Part shown: piece after piece, positions 1 to 14,111 of the stretch | Position numbering within the stretch: the first letter of the stretch is position 1 | How the letters are laid out: each line of letters opens with the position of its first letter | NCBI RefSeq assembly: GCF_009914755.1 | Contig: NC_060930.1 | Reading direction: 5' to 3' (one strand) | DNA length: 64,000 bases | Source of the DNA: the human T2T-CHM13v2.0 reference genome, Homo sapiens | Notes under the pieces: model-generated | The model's input: the letters and a program-made list of their open reading frames with translations, nothing else | What the model was told of the DNA's origin: nothing | The model's database searches: none | Made by a program: the position numbers and the translations under genes

Positions 1-39
1 GGCCTCTCATCTCAACAAAAATGGCCAATAACCATTATT

Positions 40-430
40 ATTCACAATGTAGGAAAAGTAATATTCCTATTTTTTGTAAGAGTATAAATTTGTATAAATA
101 TTTTGAAGAGTAATTGGACAACAGTTATCAAAATTTAGTATGTACATACCTTATTACCTAGTAATATATTTTTAGGACTTTATTTCACAAATATGCTACT
201 AAGGTGAAGTGCAATTTGACCCTTTTTTGAAAAATAAAATGTGTGTTTGTGTATATGCATATGAAAATTGGAAAGACATAAAAATTGTTAAAAAATAACT
301 GTCTATGGGATTGGATAGTGAGAGGATTCTCTTTTTTAAATCATATGTTCCAACCACAATAGAAAGATGAAGAAGTATTGGGATTACGTATATTTTACAT
401 TATTTTCTGTATGTTTTAAAAAATTGTCTA
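40..430 (+). mobile_element. Old L1M (L1ME-like) 3' end fragment
   Basis: Degenerate L1 3'-UTR text (ttttgaagagtaattggacaacagttatcaaaattt...tttaggactttatttcacaaatatgct); heavily diverged. Confidence 0.5.
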
Positions 431-1182
431 TATTTAAAATGTATTGCTTTAGAATATATTTTTTAAAAGTTATCCATCTCTCACCTCCAGATGGAAAAAA
501 GAGAAAACAAAAGTATATACATTTTTTGCTTACGTAATAATAGCAATAGTGTGAAATGAGCTTTCATTGTCAAATGTGGTGAAACTATGCTTATTTTTTT
601 TCTTCCAATTGTATTCAGTTTAACTTATTCAGGCAAATATAGTCACTAATTACATATATCTGTTTTTCTGCTGACTATATCCTTGGCTAATATCAAATCA
701 AGACATATAGACACACAGGCACAGAGTCTTTCTCATTCTCTCTCTTTCTCGTTCATACACACACACACACATAGTTCCCTGATACCTCATGTAATCAGTA
801 CCAAGCACTCCTGTAAGGCAGTTTGAAAAGTGTAAACAATGCTAGCCTTTAAATTGAACTTTTATTTAGTTTCTATAATCCAATAATGAAAGAGGGAGAG
901 GGAGAGAGAGAGAGAACAGAGGAAAAAGGAAAATGTAGTGCAAAGTGGAAAAATTTGCTATTAAATTAATCAAACCGCATCTTCTGAAAAATATTCCATA
1001 TCCCCCAAACATATTAGCTTATTTAAGTGAATCTCTTATGAAACAGTCTTTTTCATGATTAGGGGTCATATTTAATCACTGAATATAACATTTTATTTGC
1101 TTAATAAGCAATTTGAATGAAATTAACACATGTTCATTGGAGAAATTTGTAAAATACTTTTGAAAATTAAAATATCCATAAT

Positions 1183-1560
1183 TTTGTCAAGAGAGTGCTA
1201 GAAAAGCAAAGATCAAACAATCTGCTAAAGGAAACAAAGCTAAATTTATTTATGATTCTAAATAAAAAATTAAAACAAAGTAACTATGGAATCTGAAGTG
1301 ATGAACTGAGTAATCTTGAGGTGGGTCTTGCAAGCAAGGGAATTAGGTGGGATCAGGCAGATTTTACGACCTAATAATTCTATATTGGTGGGTAGAAAAA
1401 AGTGAAGATCTTAAACTCTGCTTTTATGAGTAAGCAGTTAGTCGTGGTAAGTAAACTTTTTAGTTGGTTCAAGGAGCAGGTGCAGTAGTTTAGATCTTTT
1501 TGCTGGTTTTCAATATTGCCCAGCAAATACTCACACACATGTACATGAGGAATATGTGCT
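1183..1560 (-). mobile_element. Ancient LTR fragment (LTR78/79-like, tentative)
   Basis: tgtcaagagagtgctagaaaagcaaagatcaaac...gctaaatttatt resembles the reverse-complemented 3' end of an old ERV LTR, with an antisense polyA signal. Confidence 0.35.
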
Positions 1561-1839
1561 TTGTCATAGAATTGTTTAGCACAGGGATAGGAAATTATTT
1601 TGAGCTTATTTTAATCCCATAATCCAAAAAGAATCCCAATAACAATTTAAAAAATGTTTCATTTCCCATAATTTCCTTCACATAAATATCTTTGTATATT
1701 TTATATAATTGTCAGTATATTTTATATTTTATAATGTAGTTTATAATATTATATAATTATATATAAATATGTATATTAAGCAAGTTATTTTCTTTATTAA
1801 ATATTCTTAAAAGTATGCTATTTTGGTGCATAGAGTTAC

Positions 1840-2040
1840 GGTGTTGTTAGAAATGTCCAATGATTTATTTTACCAGGTCTCTTTTATTAGATACTTAGTT
1901 TGTTTTCAACATTTGGCTATTATAAAAAATGCTGTAATGAACATCTGTGCACATAAATCTTTGACCTTATCGCTTATTATCTCTTTAGTTCACATTTTTA
2001 GAAATAAAATTAACTGCCAAAGGGTGTCCATCTCTATTTA
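1840..2040 (-). mobile_element. L1M fragment
   Basis: ttgttttcaacatttggctattataaaaaatgctgtaatgaacatc is typical antisense L1 3' sequence. Confidence 0.6.
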
Positions 2041-3659
2041 ATATAAAACTGAGTGAAATTATGTATGACTTCACTATGATCACAGTTTCAACTTTCTTGT
2101 AATTTCTGAGGATATTATATGACAGATACTATTCTACAATGTGAATAATTTACACATTTTATCTCTTGCGGTTTTTCATCACAAATAAAAACCGTGGAGT
2201 AATTTTCTTTAGAACCTGATTACTCAGCCTTACCTATGCCTTTTATTAAACAAATGTCAAAGGTTTCATATTAGGCACTTCATCCTTCCTCATTAATTTT
2301 TTTGTTGGTTTTGTTTTGGCTTTTTTACTTTGTAAATTGCTCTGACCCATTATGAATCTAAAAAGCCCTGGTATTCTTCACTAATATCAAGGTCTTAACC
2401 TGTGTTCCAGCCCAATGACAATTTGAGTAATTGCATATTTCCTGGTTTCTTCCAATCAGATTCATTTGGAAAAGTTATTACCTTCTTTCTTGGAAATGAC
2501 AGTGTAATGTTACTTTTATAGATGAGTTTTTATAAGCAGACTGCATTTTAACAGTAAAAGTTTATCATAATCTCAGCTCAGCTCAGGAAACTTACAAAAT
2601 AAGTCTGTTCCCTAAAACTGTACACCTCTAAAGTTACTTTATGCATAGTTCTGAATAACAACACATAGGCGTGCACCACATAATATATCATTGTTAGAGA
2701 CATTCTAATGCATTAACTAAGTACTATATTTTAGTGAAATTGAATTCATACATTTGTTGGGAATAATTTTTTAAGTGCATCCTAAATCAGTGTTGGCCAA
2801 CAATTTGAGTAGTTTTCTATTTACAAATACGGACAAAATAATGGTCTCATATGTTGTTACAAAATAAAATATTGCATTAGATATATTGGCAAAGAAAACC
2901 TTAGTCAGCTACTTTCATGATCTAAAATACTATTGTGTTTTAGACTTTGGCCTATTTCCATGACTAATGAAAGAAATATTGGGGAAGAAAAATTACTGAA
3001 GACTTTTACCACTTCTAGCTTTGAAATAAGGTTTCAGTGGTGATTATTTCTACACTTAGTGTCATTTCAAACAAATCATTTGCTTAACAACATTGTATTC
3101 TAATAAGAGACAGAGAATAGGTTTTCTTCCAGCTGGGGTTCTAATGTTGCTTTATTTTATCATGCAAAATATGTATGAGAACAATTTGTTGTTATACATT
3201 TGACATGTAATTGTGAGATATTTATGTAGTATCTCACATATTCCTATTTGGTTTTTGAAAAAGAGTTTCACATATTTTATGTGGATGTAATATTCCCCTT
3301 ATTCTTAAAGATAGATACCACATATCTAATTAAGTAAAACTCTATTACAGAGTAAATTCAGATAGGCTAATTTTATTTAAACGGAAAACTCCCAAGTTTT
3401 CTGATTTTCTTTTTTAAACTAGAATGCTGATTATAGGAGAATAATTTTCAATTACAAGTTTTACTGAAACCAAATTGAAGTTTATAAAGAATATGCCATT
3501 CCTAGGAAGTAAAATGTTCATAGATTATATTTATAAATATTATATATCATGATGCCTGAAAAAAATCTATACAAAATTTTCCAATAAATTTTAAAAATAT
3601 ATTTAACCCAAGATACATATAAAAATAGTGAAGATAAATTAGAGATACAATAGGCTGAA

Positions 3660-3855
3660 AGTGTTAATAGTAAGATTTCCAAACTGAAAATTCTAGTGTT
3701 TTAATCATCGCTTTATCACTTAGTTACTTGGCAAGTTCTTTATCTCTCTATGCCTCAGTTTTCTCATCTGCAAAATCGTCGTAAGAAAACGAGTAGCTAT
3801 CTTGTAATTTATATAAAATAGAATAGTGGTTGGCATCTAATAATCTTCAAAATAT
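3660..3855 (+). mobile_element. MIR SINE
   Basis: MIR core: ttggcaagttctttatctctctatgcctcagttttctcatctgcaaaat. Confidence 0.7.
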
Positions 3856-5270
3856 TAATATGACATTAGTACTACCTTACTTTGAAAAGTTATATATCTA
3901 CTTATTAGTTAATATTTGTAGAAAACCCAATATTAGCAGAGCAGCATTTAATAGACATTAGCAATTTGAAAAGACAAATTGAAAAAGCAAAACTTGAGTA
4001 TTTAAAATAGAAAGTAAAGTAGTAGGAGAAAAGTATTGGCATAGCAAGAAACTAAATGAAGTTATTAGAATAATTGGTAGTAAAAGCAAAAATCAATATT
4101 ATGTAATAGATTTAATAAATATGAAAGAATAAAGAAACAAATTTAAAAAGTGAAATTGCTAAGCACACAAGCATGGAAAGAAAAAACGTATAGTATTAGT
4201 GTTTCAAAAAGAATTATTTGTATAGGCAAGTAACATGTTTGGAAGACCTATGTATAGAGACTAGCCTCAACAAAACTCCACCAAATAAATTGGAGACCTT
4301 GTAAGGTATGCGTTTCAACATTTTGTTTTTGACACACAAAAAACAGGCTTTGGGGTGGCTCTTATAGGAAAGGCCCTGGTTTGTCGTAATTTATTTACTC
4401 CTAAATGACTTGTGAATAGGAGAATAATTTTCAAGTTATTTCTTTGGGTCTAGAGTTTCAGACTTTGGTTAGTAAATAAAATAACTTTAATGGATGCATG
4501 GCCACATGTATACTGGTAACAAGTGAAAAGCTGTTGAAGTACATTTATCTCACCTAATCCTCACAAAAATCCAGTGAAGGCACCACTATGCTTACTTTAT
4601 TGTCAGGGAAATAAAGTAAGGCTCAATTATTAATTAGGAATTGCAAAATTCCATGAGATGATTATTATAATGCTAATTGAAATTCTTGTGAAATAATGTT
4701 TTATAAAGATGCAGTATAAATGATTATCTATTATTTATGTTGGTTTGGGTGCTAGTGAATTGACTCAGGCATATAACCCCCTGTAAAATCAAAGACATTT
4801 TATATCCAGAGCAAGATTATGGATTGTACTGACCAAAATGAAAAACGTGTTTTCCATTTAGGGGTGCTTTTCAGAAGATGTCTTTATAAGAAATAAAATA
4901 CAAATCTGTGTAAAAGTAAAATATTAGAAGGATTTCCTCATTGGGTGCTCACCAGAGTGCTCTTCTAATTTTTTCTCTACTTGTTTGGAAGAATTTGTCC
5001 TTTTATTTCAACAAGATTTTCAATCCGTTAGATTTGAAAGATGCTTAAGTGAATGCAATTTAAAGCAGAAATTGCTAAAGAAGTTAATCAAAGCTTTCAC
5101 AGTACACCTTACTTGGGACTTAAAAAAAAAAAAAAACAGCAGAGGCAGACAACAGCAGCCTGAACCAATAAGAATAATTCTTTAATGGCAATTCAACTTA
5201 ACAAGCTCTTTACCTGGATGGTTTCACATAGTCCTCAAAATAACTAAGTTAAAGAAAAATCACTTACTTT

Positions 5271-7365
5271 TTTAATCTGTCCTTGCGATGAGGTTATTTA
5301 TGGATTTTAAAACTAAATCACCTTGTGTTCTTGGGATAAATCTAACTTTTACATGATATATTTTCTTTTTAAAATTATTGTTATTCATTGTTTAGGAATT
5401 TTTGCATCTGTGCTTATGCACAGTAGCATTCAGTAATTTACCTTTCATGCACTGCTCCTCAGGTTTTGACATCCAATTTATGTAGCTTCAATGAAATGAA
5501 CCCTTGAATGGTTTACCCCTTTTCTATATTCTGGAATAGTTTGTGTAAACATTGGCATTTATTATTTGAATGTATAACATAACACATCAGTGAAGTCATT
5601 ATGGTCTAGAATTTTCTCAGTAGAAAAGATAGGTTATGATTTGCAACATCTCTTTAACAGCTATAGGGTCACTTGAATTTTTAGTTCTTCTTTAGCCAAT
5701 TTTGTCATGTTATATTATTCTGGAAATTTGTTCATTTAATCTAAATTTTCATATTTATTGGAATGACGTTCCTTATAATATATTCATTATTTTAATGTCC
5801 ATAGTTTGATCTCCTTAGCAAATTTTATTAATCTGTGAGTTTTCCCTTTTTTTATTATTTAAATCAGAGGTTTGCGAAATTTATTGCCATTATTTAAATG
5901 ATCAACTTCCGGCTCTGTTTTTTTCCCCTGCCTCACTCCGGAATGTTTCTATTTCATCGTTTTCATTATTCTTTTTTTCTTCTACTGTTTTCTTTGGGAC
6001 CGATTTTCTTTTCTTCATCTTTCTTTCAAAAAAATATTTGCTTGGCTCCTTAAATTTTAGCCTATGTTCTTTACTAATATGTGCTAAGTTTATGTCCAAG
6101 TATTGCTTTAACTACATTCTCAAGTTTTAACGTGTAAGATTTTTATTATCATTGAATTATAAATATTTTTTCATAGCCATTTGAATTTCTCCCTCAAAGC
6201 ATTAGTTATATACAAGCTGTTTCTTATTTCTTCAGAGATTAAATTAATTGAGATCAAAAATTATATTTTAAAGTTTTTTGAAATAGGATGTATTTGTTTT
6301 AGAGTCTTTTCATGATAAATTATCCTAAATGAACGCATGCGCTTGAAAAGAATGTGATTCTGCAGTTGCTGGATGCAGATCAAAAATAAAAATGAAAATC
6401 ATTACAACTTATAGGTGTACTGAAATTTTTATCATTATGAAGTTACCCTCTGTCTCTAGCAGGGCTTTTTTTGGCCTTACTCTCATACTGCTCAGATATT
6501 AACATAACTAGTTGTGTTTTCTTTTTAAAAATTTCCTGATATATACATATTTGATATAAATATTTCCTATTACTTTATAATATTTGCCTTTTAATTTAGT
6601 CCATTTATAACTATTATAATTGTTGATATATTTGAATTTAATTCCTACCATCTTATCTTGTTTTTTTGATTTGTCCTTCATGGTCTGTGTGTTTCTTTCC
6701 TTTTTCTTAAATCTGCCAAATATTTTTTTCTTCTCTTTTAATGTTTTGCTTCCTGCTAGTTTAGAAATTACACTCTGTTTCTATTCCTTGTCTCTCTAGC
6801 TTACTGAAATCTTAATTTGGCAATTAAATTTTAATTAGTATACTTAATTCATCAAAGTCTGAAGTCTAAAGTTGAAATCTGTACCTACTTCGTAAAAAAT
6901 AAGACTTTACAACATTAGAACATTGTAATTCCATCCACCGCTCCTAACCTTTGATGCATATGCTGCTGGTTTTTATATTAACTTATATTCATATTTATTT
7001 CTATATTAGTTTCTATATTAAATATTTCTATATTTAATCACATATTAGTTTTCCTACATAATCAAATTTATTTATCTTTTTAAAGCATATGTCAATCCTC
7101 TTATTTATTCTTGAAATTCATAATTTCCACTTGATATCACTTTTCTTTTACATCATTTCAAAATTTTCTTTATGAGCATCTGTTGGTAGATATACCAATT
7201 AGTTTTTCTTTACTAATTTGGCTCTTATTTTGAAAACACTGAGTTTGAAATTGTATGTGGTATACATAGAGTATATCGTTGTAGAGTGATAGTTTTTTTT
7301 TACTTTTGGCACTCTGAAAATATCATTCCTCTCACCTTACTTTCATTGTTGCTGCTGAAAAGTCA
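5271..7365 (-). mobile_element. Old L1M, antisense segment (ORF2 RT start down to ORF1 C-terminus)
   Basis: Reverse complement near 5290-5345 resembles ORF2 'GFIPGMQGWFNI'; 7300-7365 resembles ORF1 'DFS..TMEARRQWNNIFKVL'. Confidence 0.75.
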
Positions 7366-8410
7366 CAATGACAACTGCGAATTAGAAAACACACCAAAAA
7401 AACTTTCAAGCCCCTCTTCTTCAAATCTGTAAGTTAGCTAGGAGTTGTAAAAATATACATTAATTTAATATAGTATATTTTGAATGAAGAAATATAGCAT
7501 GTTCCTGAATAGAAAGACTCGGTATCAGAGAGATGTCAGCCTTTCCCAAATTAATTTGTGAATACAATGCAACTTTAATTAAAATTCTAAAAGGTTTGTG
7601 GCTTGTGTGTACCTGTGTGTATCCATACCAAAATTCAGAGACAAGTATGAAGAGCCAAGAGGGGCCAAGAAAACAGTTAAGAAGATTAAGACCAGTAATG
7701 CAGGGTTTCCTCCACTCAATATCAAGATATTACAAAGCTTCGATGATTAATATCTTTAATTTTACTTAGAGATAAACACAAAAGAAGAGAATGCTCAGAA
7801 ACAGATTCATGCCTACAAGGGAACTTGCTGTACAACAGTGTGTAGATATTAGAAACCAGTGGTGAAGCAATGTGCTATTTAGCAAATATGTTGGGACAGT
7901 AAACTTATTGCTGAAAAAAAGGAAAATCTGAAACCCACTTCACAATATTTATAAATAGATTTCAGATAAAAATCTAAATCCAAAAAGTAAAATGTACAAA
8001 ACGAACAAGTAAATGTAGGAATACATATGTCATTGTGTAGGGTCAGTTTTTATCTGTTGATACACAATATGTGTACATGTTTATAGGGTATATGTGATAT
8101 AAATAAGACACAAATATCTCAATTATTAAGGAATACTATGTTTATGGATGCCTGTAGATGCAGTAAAAGAATAAAAATATAAACAGGAACTTATCAACTT
8201 AGGTAAACTAGTTACTTCTAAGGAGGGAAATCAGGATAAGGAGAAGTGAAAAAGAAGTTTCAACAAAACTGTAATGCTTTATTTTTTCAAAATAAATCAA
8301 CTAAATACTGAAAATTTTTAATATTAAGTAAATGTATTTGGGGAGTCTATGGGGGTATGTTATATTATTCTGCATATCTTTCAATATGTTAATAATATTT
8401 CATAATTTAA
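7366..8410 (+). mobile_element. Old L1M, sense segment (ORF2 3' half and 3' UTR)
   Basis: gcatgttcctgaatagaaagactcggtatcagagagatgtcagcctttcccaaattaatt resembles ORF2 'PCSWIGRLNIVKMSILPKLI'; L1ME-type 3' end near 8200-8410. Confidence 0.75.
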
Positions 8411-8869
8411 AAAAGTTAATTCAGAAATATAAACCTGCTTTGCAAATTGCACCAGATGCCACAAACCAAATCAAACACTTATTTTTTTAATGGTTATGTG
8501 CAGACAGTATTTTTGTTCCTAGTGCACACACACTGATTTCTCCAGATGCTACCTCATAAAAAAAGATGATAATCGTCAACAAATGTAGTGTTATCTTTGA
8601 ATTATAGGGGTGTTAATGCCATATATTATGATAAGAACAGTTCAGATGGCAATGGGCTATGGCAATTTACCTACATGATGACAATTTCGGTACTGTGTTA
8701 TGATTCAAATTCAGCATGCTACCAAGATAGGAACAAACATTTAGTATTTATTTGCTCAAAAAGGTGTTAAATATATAGAATGCTAAAACAAGATTATAAA
8801 ACAATAATAATTAAGGTCTAGAGAGTTTTGGTATTACTAAGACAAACTGAAATCTTTATAGTACAACAT

Positions 8870-9075
8870 TAATAAAAGCTCAATTTACTGAGCCCTCATT
8901 ATGATAGACAGTCAAGAATTCTACATACATGATCTCATTTGATTTTCACAACAATCCTGGGAAGTACAATATTACCCATTCCACCGATGGGGAAGCCAAG
9001 ATTAAGTGTTCTAATACGTGTAAGACATCACCATAGGTGGCAGAATCCAGCAAATGCAGCCCAGCCTAGCTCCAA
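8870..9075 (-). mobile_element. MIR SINE
   Basis: atctcatttgattttcacaacaatcctgggaag...attacccattccaccgatggggaagccaag is antisense MIR. Confidence 0.7.
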
Positions 9076-9548
9076 ATCATTGGCCATGAGGAACAACTTT
9101 ATTATTATCAAATAACTAGTTTTTGTTTTCTATGGCATGTTAGCCAGCTGTATTTTAAGCTACTGAAGCATTTGTACATTTTAGTGGTGGACAATTTTTA
9201 CCTAGTGCAAAATTTTAAAAGTAATAGGTTTTTGCCTGACTGGATGAGAATTAACTAATAGATCAAACATTTTCTTAGTTAATATTTTTTTCTCTAAAAA
9301 TATTTGAAATTTCATCAAATGCCATAAAAAACAACATGGAATCAGAGTAGTGGAAGCTCTGCAAATTAGGAGACCATTGACAATTTGAAATATGGGCAAG
9401 ATTACACCATACAGTACCAACCAAAGTGGTTCTTAACAAATTTTAGAAAGTTATAGGCACAAATACATGTTGCTGTGTTTTTTTAACATAGTATATCCCT
9501 CAAGAATGCTTAGTCAGTGAATTTTGGTAAATCTGACAAATTCTGCTA

Positions 9549-9920
<372 letters not shown>

Positions 9921-12434
9921 TTATACACATAGGTCTCAACTATATAACAGCAATGTTGAATTCAAAGTACTGAAAGTCACACTATTAAGAAATGTTGACT
10001 TAAAGAGAATGAATTATTGTGTATGGCTTACAATTCAGCAAAAACCCAACACAAAAAGCACTAAAAGGGAGGCATGTCAACTTATACACAAGATTAAATC
10101 TCCTGCTGTAAAACATTTCTCAGCCAATAACTTGATGGGAACTCTATACACTAAGAGCTGTGTTTGTCATACACAAGTGCTTGCACATCTTAAAAAAAAA
10201 ACTGCTTTAGTTGAGGAAGGCATATTGAAGCCACTGATATAAATTATATTTAAAAAAATCAATGCTCACTAATGTAAGAAGAAAAGGATGGTTTTCATGC
10301 CACTTTTGTTCTAGTTTTATTTCTCTTCCTTTAATTTCATGGCAGGTTTTACTTGCCACAATTTTCTTATGTGAGTATGCCTGCTCCAGATCAATGCAAC
10401 TTATAATTTGTTCTTCCCCTGAAAATCATTTTTACATTTTGCCTCTTTCTTCTTGTTGCAGAGTATATATTTGAGCAACAGATAATATGCTATATTCATT
10501 GGCTTGTTTACTTTGTCTGCTCCAGTTCAATAATCTTAATTTTCAGTACACTTGATTACTTTTTTTGCTGAAATAATATGAGTTATATTTTTACTATCTT
10601 AGGATTCTCCAAAGTTAGGGTGTTTTAAAAAAAAGTGAAGAAAAAAAGAACAAAGAACAAGTGATAAAGTCCAGTAGTTAAGATCATGAGGATGGAATAA
10701 AACAGAATGGGTGTGAGTCTCAGTTTTGTCACTTTTAACTGAGTAATCTGACCCCAATCAATTGTGTTTCCTCATTTGTAAAGTGAAAATATGATTCAAT
10801 CATGCTCTAAGATTAAATAGGATTTAAATTCCATTTTCTAGATAATAGAAAATAACTAGTCTTTTGTAGTTTCACTTATTGATTGAAATCATCATGATTT
10901 GGCTTCATTATTATTTTTATGTAAATGTAAGAAAAATAAATAAGCTTGAAACATGTTATTTAACTCTTTTCTTTCAATGTAAATAATTGGGAGTTGGCTT
11001 TCTTGGCAGATCCTGAAGATTATATAATAATGAATGATTATGTAATTAGCATATAATTATAAAAATATGTAATAATTTTAATAAGTGCCCTATAGCATTC
11101 AACATATATCTTTCAGTGATGTACTTATTCAAAAATATTAACAGAATATTCATTATCTGCCAAGCATGATTCACATTATGAGAATTTGGTATTAATTTCA
11201 GAAGGCATATTCTTACATTTACAAACCTCGCTTTTGAGTCTATTTTTCTTAAAGGGTACATTAAAAACTATTAGTAAATGATTTTATACAAATAAATAAA
11301 ATATCATGTAATTGGAAAAGTAATATAGTGCATAATGACAAAAGAATCTACACAAATGCTTAAAAAATTTGAAAAAAGTATTTAATACCTAGCATGGGTA
11401 TAATTTTGGTTATGTACAAAACACCCTTTACACTTAAAATGTATGACTATTTCTGAAAGGGGCTATATACTTGATTCTGACAGACATTTAAAAGATGCAA
11501 TTTTACCCCACATGTTGTATGCCACAGCAATGGTTCATAGGAAAAGATGGTTGCATTTGAAAATATATCATGTAGTATGAAGACTGCCCAGTAACTAATG
11601 AGAGTTATTTATAACTCTGTAAAATCCTGATAGTGCACTTGAATTTCCAAGTTATCTGTATTTTATGTTTCCATTTAAAATATACAGAACAAATATCACT
11701 TCAATTTTCTAAATAATATAAGTGATAATACAGAATAAAACGAAGTAGTCTGGTCTTTATAGAAATAAGCTTCTGGTTTAATACAGCATTTTCAGATGTA
11801 TTCTTAAGAAAAAAATAAAAAAATACTAAATACCCCTGAGGAACCTAGCTGAACATATATTTTTGACCACAAAAAGGAGGAAAGCGGAGGTTCTGTTTCA
11901 CATAGCAGTTAGGGGCAGTAAAAAAGAAATTGAGTGAAGGGGAAATGCTTGTTGAAGATGATGCCAAAAACAATGCTATGATTTCCCACCTTTGCATAAT
12001 GGCATTCTAATGGCATATTTGAGATGTATCTTATTTCAATTAATTTTCATCACAAGCCAGTAAGGTAGGTATTTATATCTCCATCTTTACACCAAAGATC
12101 ACAGAGAGCCTTTAACTGGCAAGAGGTGAGAGAAGCATAAGTATGTCTGGCTACAAGAAAAAATGATAACTGATTGTCAAGATTCAATCATTTTCATCCC
12201 AAAAACATTTTTAAAGCACTTAGCAAGTACCAGACCTCTGCAAAATATGTAAGTGCTTTTCCCCTTCTACTGCTGGCCTCTGAACTGTCAGAGCCTCCCT
12301 GGGAAATGTCAAATGCCAAGTTCCACTTCCACTGGTTATACCCCACATGCATTAACCCAACACACCTCATTGTAACATAATGCTCCTAAGAAAGAACAAA
12401 ATAACCTGATAACTGATACTGTGTCAGTATGGTG

Positions 12435-12437
<3 letters not shown>

Positions 12438-12474
<37 letters not shown>
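12438..12474. repeat. (TG)n microsatellite
   Basis: About 18 uninterrupted TG units. Confidence 0.97.
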
Positions 12475-12478
<4 letters not shown>

Positions 12479-12573
12479 ATATATATCGTATATAATTTAT
12501 ATATTATATTGAATATATTTTTTCAGATAAAATACATGAATTTGTAGAGGGGACTTCAGTCATTTTATTTTCC

Positions 12574-12857
12574 TTTTCTCAACTTTTATTTTAGGTTCAG
12601 GAGGTATATGTGTAGTTTTGTTAGATGGATAAGTTGCATGTCATTGGGGTTTAGTATACAAATGATTTTGTCACCCAGGTAATGAGCATAGTACCCAATA
12701 GGTAGTTTTTCAACCCTCACCCTCCTCCCACCTTCTCCTCTCAAGTCAGCCTGGATATATATTGTTACCATCTTTGTGTCCATGTATTCTTGTTGTTTAG
12801 CACTCACTTATAACTGAGAACACGTGCTATTTGGTTTTCTGTTCTGCGTTAATTTGC
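12574..12857 (-). mobile_element. L1PA15/16-like 3' end
   Basis: caacttttattttaggttcaggaggtatatgtg...gtcacccaggtaatgagcatagtacccaataggtagtttttc. Confidence 0.9.
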
Positions 12858-14047
12858 AGTCTTGATTCACAGGAGAAATATCTCATGCCACAATTAGTGA
12901 AAATATCTCCATGAAGAGTGGTCATTTTGATGCACTCATATCATACTATTAGTCTATGTTTGTAGTTCATTCTGCATATGAGTAGAAACATTAAAATGCA
13001 GAATCAAAGAACCTCCTGCAAGGTGAATTATTTCACTTCCATGCTCAAAAGCCTGAAGGTCCCTTAATCTGTGTTCATACTGACAAAGCAGCAAAAAGAA
13101 TATGAGACCACATTCTTTACCAATAAAAATTATTTAAAGCTATGTACACCATTAGAGAAGAGTAATTAGTCACGGTCAGTTTGGTTAAAGAATACTATGG
13201 TTAGTTGATAAGTATGAAACATAAATGTTTTGCAGTACAAATGCATTTTATGCTCTCTACTACAGGAATCTATAAAAGATGATTTTAATGACATCAGAAT
13301 TATTTCTAAATGTAAATGTTTTTCTACTTGGCCACCACAATCATCATAAATGCAAATAATTATCTTTTTCTTCTTATTACACTGATATTTTGGGTAAGGA
13401 GGCATTTTAGCTTATTTATTATTTAAAAGATAAAATTGGAAACCACATTTTTTATGTTTTCCAGTGCTTTTACTCTCAAAAGTAGTCTTCCTTTTTAAAA
13501 AATGCAACATATTTTTATAGTCATACATACCTTTAGTATATATAAGGCAAAAAAGCGTTCAATATATTTAATACTTTAAGTAAATAGTTATATATTTATA
13601 ATGGTAAGTTGTTAAAATTCACTAGAAATGAAAGGAAAATTAAAAGAACTGATGATGATGACAATGATGAAGACAGCCTTGAATTTTGTAGATATTTGAT
13701 ATCCATCAAAAAAGGAGCCAAAGGAACAGGTGAAAAACTAGTCTGGACTTGAAGCATCTTCCATAAGGCTTGCTATTCTTTTACTGGGCTATGAGGCATC
13801 AGTCGTGAATTACAGTACAGTAAGCTTTTAATGCTGCAGTTCTTTGTCCCCAGGTATCTGTTACAAAACATTATGCTTTTTTAAAAAACAAAAAAAGCAT
13901 TAAATAGGCAGTCAGAGATGTAAGTAGGCAGAGATATAAGCTACATAAGCGCCTTTTTCTTTTCATAATTTTGAATAACTCGAGGGCTTTTCATTGCAGA
14001 TTCCTACTGTTCTGACCTATAAAAATGCATTCTTATTACTAAGAATA

Positions 14048-14111
14048 ATAGTTATTTCTTTTTGCATAGTTTTTTCTTTTTTACATAGTTCTTTTTCTTT
14101 TTTACATAGTT
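14048..14111. repeat. Short tandem repeat, ~20-bp unit x3
   Basis: ttctttttt(a/g)catagtt repeated three times. Confidence 0.8.
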
